Shown here: positions 60,857-64,000 of the stretch, piece by piece | Layout of the letters: each line of letters starts with the position of its first letter | How positions within the stretch are numbered: position 1 is the stretch's first letter | Assembly (NCBI GenBank): GCA_023920165.1 | Contig: CP089281.1 | Coordinates: 1,674,001-1,738,000, forward strand | Source of the DNA: Curvularia clavata | Lineage: Eukaryota | DNA length: 64,000 bases | Reading direction: 5' to 3' | The notes under the pieces: generated by a model | Told to the model about the DNA's origin: nothing | Seen by the model: the letters and a program-made list of their open reading frames with translations, nothing else | Databases searched by the model: none | Position numbers and translations under genes: made by a program

Positions 60857-62614
60857 ATGCGTTCTTTTGTATCTGCAACCCGATCACTTGCACGACAGCC
60901 TGCCTGCAGAAATAGCTTTCAGAAGAGATCATTACCGTTGATTGTCCAGAGAGGATACGCAAACATGGGCCACTCAGTACCGCCTGTATGCTAGCAGCTT
61001 GATCTCAACTATTGCCATGGCTAGGCTAACGCTGTGCAAAGCTCAACGACAAGTCGCTGCTGAAGAACCAGTCATATATCAACGGAGAATGGATAGACGC
61101 AAAGTCAGGAAAGACCTTCGAGGTCCATGGTAATTTTTTTCTTCTCCCTTAGTTTAAACCTTTTCTAAATACCATGCAGACCCGGCAACAGGCGAACTCA
61201 TTGGCACAATGCCTGAAATGGATCGCGCCGACACCGAAGCTGCAATTGCTGCCGCAGCAGCCGCCCTTCCTTCATTCCGCAAGACTACAGGTCGCGAGCG
61301 CTCCCGCATGCTACGGAAATGGTACCAGCTCATGATGGATAACGCAGAGGACCTTGCAAAACTCATAACATGGGAGAACGGAAAGCCCATGGCAGATGCA
61401 AAGGGCGAGGTCAACTACGCGGCGGGTTTCTACGAGTGGTTCGCGGAAGAGGCACCCCGTATCTACGGAACCACTATTCCAGCATCAATTGCTGGAAATA
61501 GAGTGTTTACCATCAAGGAGCCGGTCGGCGTTGTCGGATTGATAACACCGTAGGTACTCAAGCACGTTTGAAAGCGAGCATAGCTAACGTACGTAGATGG
61601 AACTTCCCAGCTGCCATGATCACGAGAAAGATTGGCCCAGCGCTGGCTGCTGGCTGCACAGTCGTTGCTAAGTCCCCTGGCGAGACACCTTTTACCGCTG
61701 CTGCTCTGGCCGAGCTTGCACACCGCGCGGGAATCCCAAAAGGCGTAGTCAACTTTGTCACTGCGCTCAAGAACACAGTCGAGGTGGGTGAAACGATCAC
61801 ATCAAGCAAGACCGTCAAGAAGATCTCCTTCACCGGGTCTACGGGCGTAGGAAAACTCCTTATGAAGCAATCCTCCGACACCCTCAAGAAACTCTCTTTC
61901 GAACTAGGTGGAAACGCACCCTTCATCGTCTTTGACGACGCGGATCTTGAATCCGCTGTCAACGGAGCCATCACATCCAAATTCCGTTCTTCAGGTCAGA
62001 CATGCGTGTGCGCAAACAGGATCTACGTACAATCAGGCATCTACGACGACTTCTGCACAAAATTCACTGAGAAGGTCAAAGCTTTCAAGGTTGGCAGCGG
62101 ATACGAAGAGGGCATCACACATGGCCCTCTTATCCACGACCGTGCCGTATCCAAAGTGGACGCTCACGTTCAAGACGCCGTCAAAAACGGTGCCAAGCTC
62201 CTCCACGGAGGACAGAAGCTGCCTGATCTCGGAGCAAACTTCTACCAGCCCACTGTCCTTCGTGACATGACCGAGAATATGCAGCTCGCCAAAGACGAGA
62301 CTTTTGGCCCTGTAGCTGGTCTCTTCCCCTTCGATACTGAAGCCGACGTCGTCAAGCTTGCCAACGCAGCTGATGTAGGACTTGCAGGCTACTTCTTCAG
62401 CCGAGACATCCAGCGCGTCTACAGAGTGGCTGAGGCATTGGAAGTTGGCATGGTTGGTGTTAACACTGGTCTCATCTCAGACGTTGCTGCGCCATTTGGT
62501 GGTGTCAAGGAGTCTGGCTTCGGAAGAGAAGGAAGTCATCTGGGTGTTGACGAATATGTTGTTACCAAGACCATTACTATGGGCGGAAATGGTCAGCCAC
62601 TCCAGGGCGAGTAA
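60857..62614 (+). CDS. UGA2: succinate-semialdehyde dehydrogenase NAD(P)+, 4 exons (60857-60985, 61042-61129, 61180-61549, 61597-62614)
   Basis: ITPWNFP, FTGSTGVG, FELGGNAP, FRSSGQTCVCANR (catalytic Cys), ETFGP, PFGGVKESGFGREG; three frame-preserving introns. Confidence 0.92.
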
Positions 62615-63125
62615 GGGGATTAAAATGAACAAGTCGTGTCTAAGCCACGAGTGAGATGAGGAATTGAATACGGTATGCATAATGAATTCTAATATCCAAC
62701 CATAACCCCATACTGTGAATGACCAAGTAAATACTGGCGACTTGGAGACACTAGCCAAATCCTATCTGCCAGCGCCGCAACAGGCATCATCAAAACTTTT
62801 GAAAGCCTAGTTACATTTTTTCCGAGACTAAGACTGCCCGCGCACCTTCATATCGTGCCCGATGTCCGAAGAGGCATGACACTAATACCTCTGGGCTACA
62901 AGCACGTCATGACCATTACCCTGTCACACAACCATCCGAGGTGGGCTCTGACACTTGAAAAGTCACACATCGAAACCAAAGCCTCAGGTCATCATTGAAA
63001 GTTGTTCATTTTCATGCCAGTTTACCCAGCACTATCGTTGGATACATACGTGAGGTGCTGAATGTAATGCCCCGCGCCATAACCCAGGAATGCTAGAAAA
63101 GACCCATGTCACCCAAAAACACCCT

Positions 63126-64000
63126 CTAGTACCTCTTGCCCTCACGGAGAATGTCGCTGTACTCCTCAAGTGGTGAGGGGCGGAGAGCGTTCTCTTTCCA
63201 CAGGTTGGGAGTAAGGAAGCCGTAGGTGTGGGCGACGGCAACGAAGGTGGCCTTCAGAGTGTTCTCAAGGGTCTTGGTGGAACCGGAAGAGGCAGTGTAG
63301 ACGTCCTGGACACCAGCCAACTGCAAGAGACGCTTGACAGCGGGAGAAGCGACAAGGCCAGTACCGCGGGGAGCGGGGATGAGACGGACAGTGACGGAAC
63401 CGCACTTTCCGCTCTCCTTGGTGGGCAGCGAGTGGGGCTCACCAAGGTTGGTACCCCAGTAACCTCTTCGGATGGGGACGACGGAGAGCTTGGCGATGAT
63501 GATGGCAGCGCGGATGGCGGTCGCGACTTCCTTGGAGGTCTTGATACCGAGACCAACGTGGCCCTCGGAGTCACCAATGACGACGATGGCCTTGAAGCGG
63601 GTACGCTGACCGGCACGGGTCTGCTTCTGGACGGGCTTGATCTTCATGACCTCGTCCTTGAGCTTGGGGAGGAAGAAGTCGACGACCTGGTACTCCTTGA
63701 TGGGGAGAGAGTGGAGGTAGCTACATCCTGTCAGTCGCATTCTCTCGCAGTTCTGTCGTTCTGAAAAACGTACATCTCCTCCATGCTCTTAATCTTGCCA
63801 GCCTTTACGAGACGGCCGAGCTTGGTGACGGGCTGCCATTCCTTCTCCTGTACCAATTGTCAATTTCCTGCAAGATCTCCCTTGGGCAGCTGTATGTGCG
63901 TACTTCAGACTTTCCACCACGGCGGCCACGGCCACGTCCACGACCACGTCCACGGTCACCACCGCGGTCTCCACGAGAACCGAATCCGCCGCGAGCGGGG
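63126..64000 (-). CDS. RPS2: 40S ribosomal protein S2 (uS5), 5'-truncated by the window edge
   Basis: RG-rich N-terminus, [36 protein letters not shown]; introns at 63848-63903 and 63721-63773. Confidence 0.97.

Noticed and set aside
1..64000. CRISPR arrays, tRNA/rRNA genes, TPP riboswitch, TGA-CTA readthrough with cryptic PTS1
   Set aside because: None recognised by eye, and the stop contexts I checked lack the readthrough motif. tRNAscan-SE and cmscan would be the definitive test.

Overview
This is a eukaryotic window from a filamentous ascomycete, probably Dothideomycete/Pleosporales-like (inferred from roughly 50-75 nt GT-AG introns with CTRAC/CTAAT branch points and from the gene content). 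It is not prokaryotic. I could read about 20 protein-coding genes and rebuilt their exon structures by hand: a Tra2/SR-like RRM protein, Nto1/BRPF-like PHD protein, a minimal RBR E3 ligase, an F-box/LRR protein, a DHA1 MFS transporter, 1-Cys peroxiredoxin, a polyol-type SDR, a Kelch-BTB (Ral2/Mds3-like) protein, a ZZ/EF-hand protein, a Git3-type GPCR, Yta7/ATAD2, succinate-semialdehyde dehydrogenase, partial RPS2, DUF3431 and several small unknown proteins. There is also a clear NmrA/isoflavone-reductase pseudogene and two decayed Cys-rich ORFs. I found no tRNA, rRNA, intact transposon or CRISPR array. Most of the window is ordinary housekeeping sequence, and I cannot claim a proven novel system. 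The best leads are: a spliced leader with a polyproline uORF on the Kelch-BTB gene; a hidden two-exon zinc-finger gene; a stop-interrupted Cys-rich effector-like remnant; adjacent F-box and RBR ubiquitin genes; a dual-start SSADH; a stop-free in-frame intron in Yta7; and an unusual F-to-K change in the Prx active-site loop.
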